Of a stretch of DNA of 64,000 nt, positions 63,936 through 64,000 are shown piece after piece (position 1 is the stretch's first letter; every line of letters starts with the position of its first letter). The position numbers and the translations under genes were made by a program. The notes under the pieces are model-generated. The model was given only the letters and a program-made list of their open reading frames with translations. It was not told where the DNA came from and did not search any database. The stretch is from Candidatus Hydrogenedentota bacterium. GTDB taxonomy: Bacteria; Hydrogenedentota; Hydrogenedentia; Hydrogenedentales; SLHB01. The DNA is taken from assembly GCA_963668025.2 (NCBI GenBank), contig CAXXTH010000010.1, forward strand, positions 320,001 through 384,000, given 5' to 3'.

Positions 63936-64000
63936 ATGAAGCACACCAAAAAGATGCAAGCGTTGCTGGAGCGCATGGCGCAGATTAAGCGGATGGAGCG
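63936..64000 (+). CDS. 5' start of a small IS-accessory-like ORF (DUF6788-like), partial
   Basis: MKHTKKMQALLERMAQIKRME... resembles the LL..IA.I..MERG start of small ORFs preceding some transposases; only 21 codons visible. Confidence 0.35.
   Translation, partial: MKHTKKMQALLERMAQIKRME

Overview
Bacterial chromosomal window of about 60% GC with low-GC inserts. The lineage cannot be fixed from the sequence; gene style suggests an anaerobe of a poorly studied phylum such as Hydrogenedentota (inference). From start to end it holds: (1) two very large minus-strand secreted repeat proteins, an Ig/cadherin-like protein missed by the ORF track that runs off the left edge and a ~1,800-aa phage-tail-fibre-like adhesin with four variable beta-sandwich modules; (2) PilZ, cysE, GT9, greA, carB; (3) a decayed RHS/orphan-immunity-like island hit by ISKra4-, IS66- and IS1182/IS5-like elements; (4) a siroheme-dependent (Ahb) heme operon lacking hemB, divergent from an acyltransferase and System II cytochrome c maturation genes; (5) a REC-PAS-GGDEF gene, an AEC transporter, trxA, arfB, a ROK kinase, a 13x TPR-DUF2971-like protein, Lhr and a PspC-like gene; (6) a low-GC metzincin-like gene behind an (AG)20 tract; (7) ATP-grasp, cyclase and flippase-like genes, a 777-nt ORF-less group II intron inside a GTAG REP, and an ISAs1/IS66 nest. 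The most notable unexplained structures are a family of 8-10-nt-period triplet repeats forming nested inverted pairs in five spacers, the REP-inserted mini intron, the possibly phase-variable (AG)20 gene, a 139-bp IS66 MITE and the fibre-adhesin pair. No rRNA, tRNA or CRISPR array was seen.
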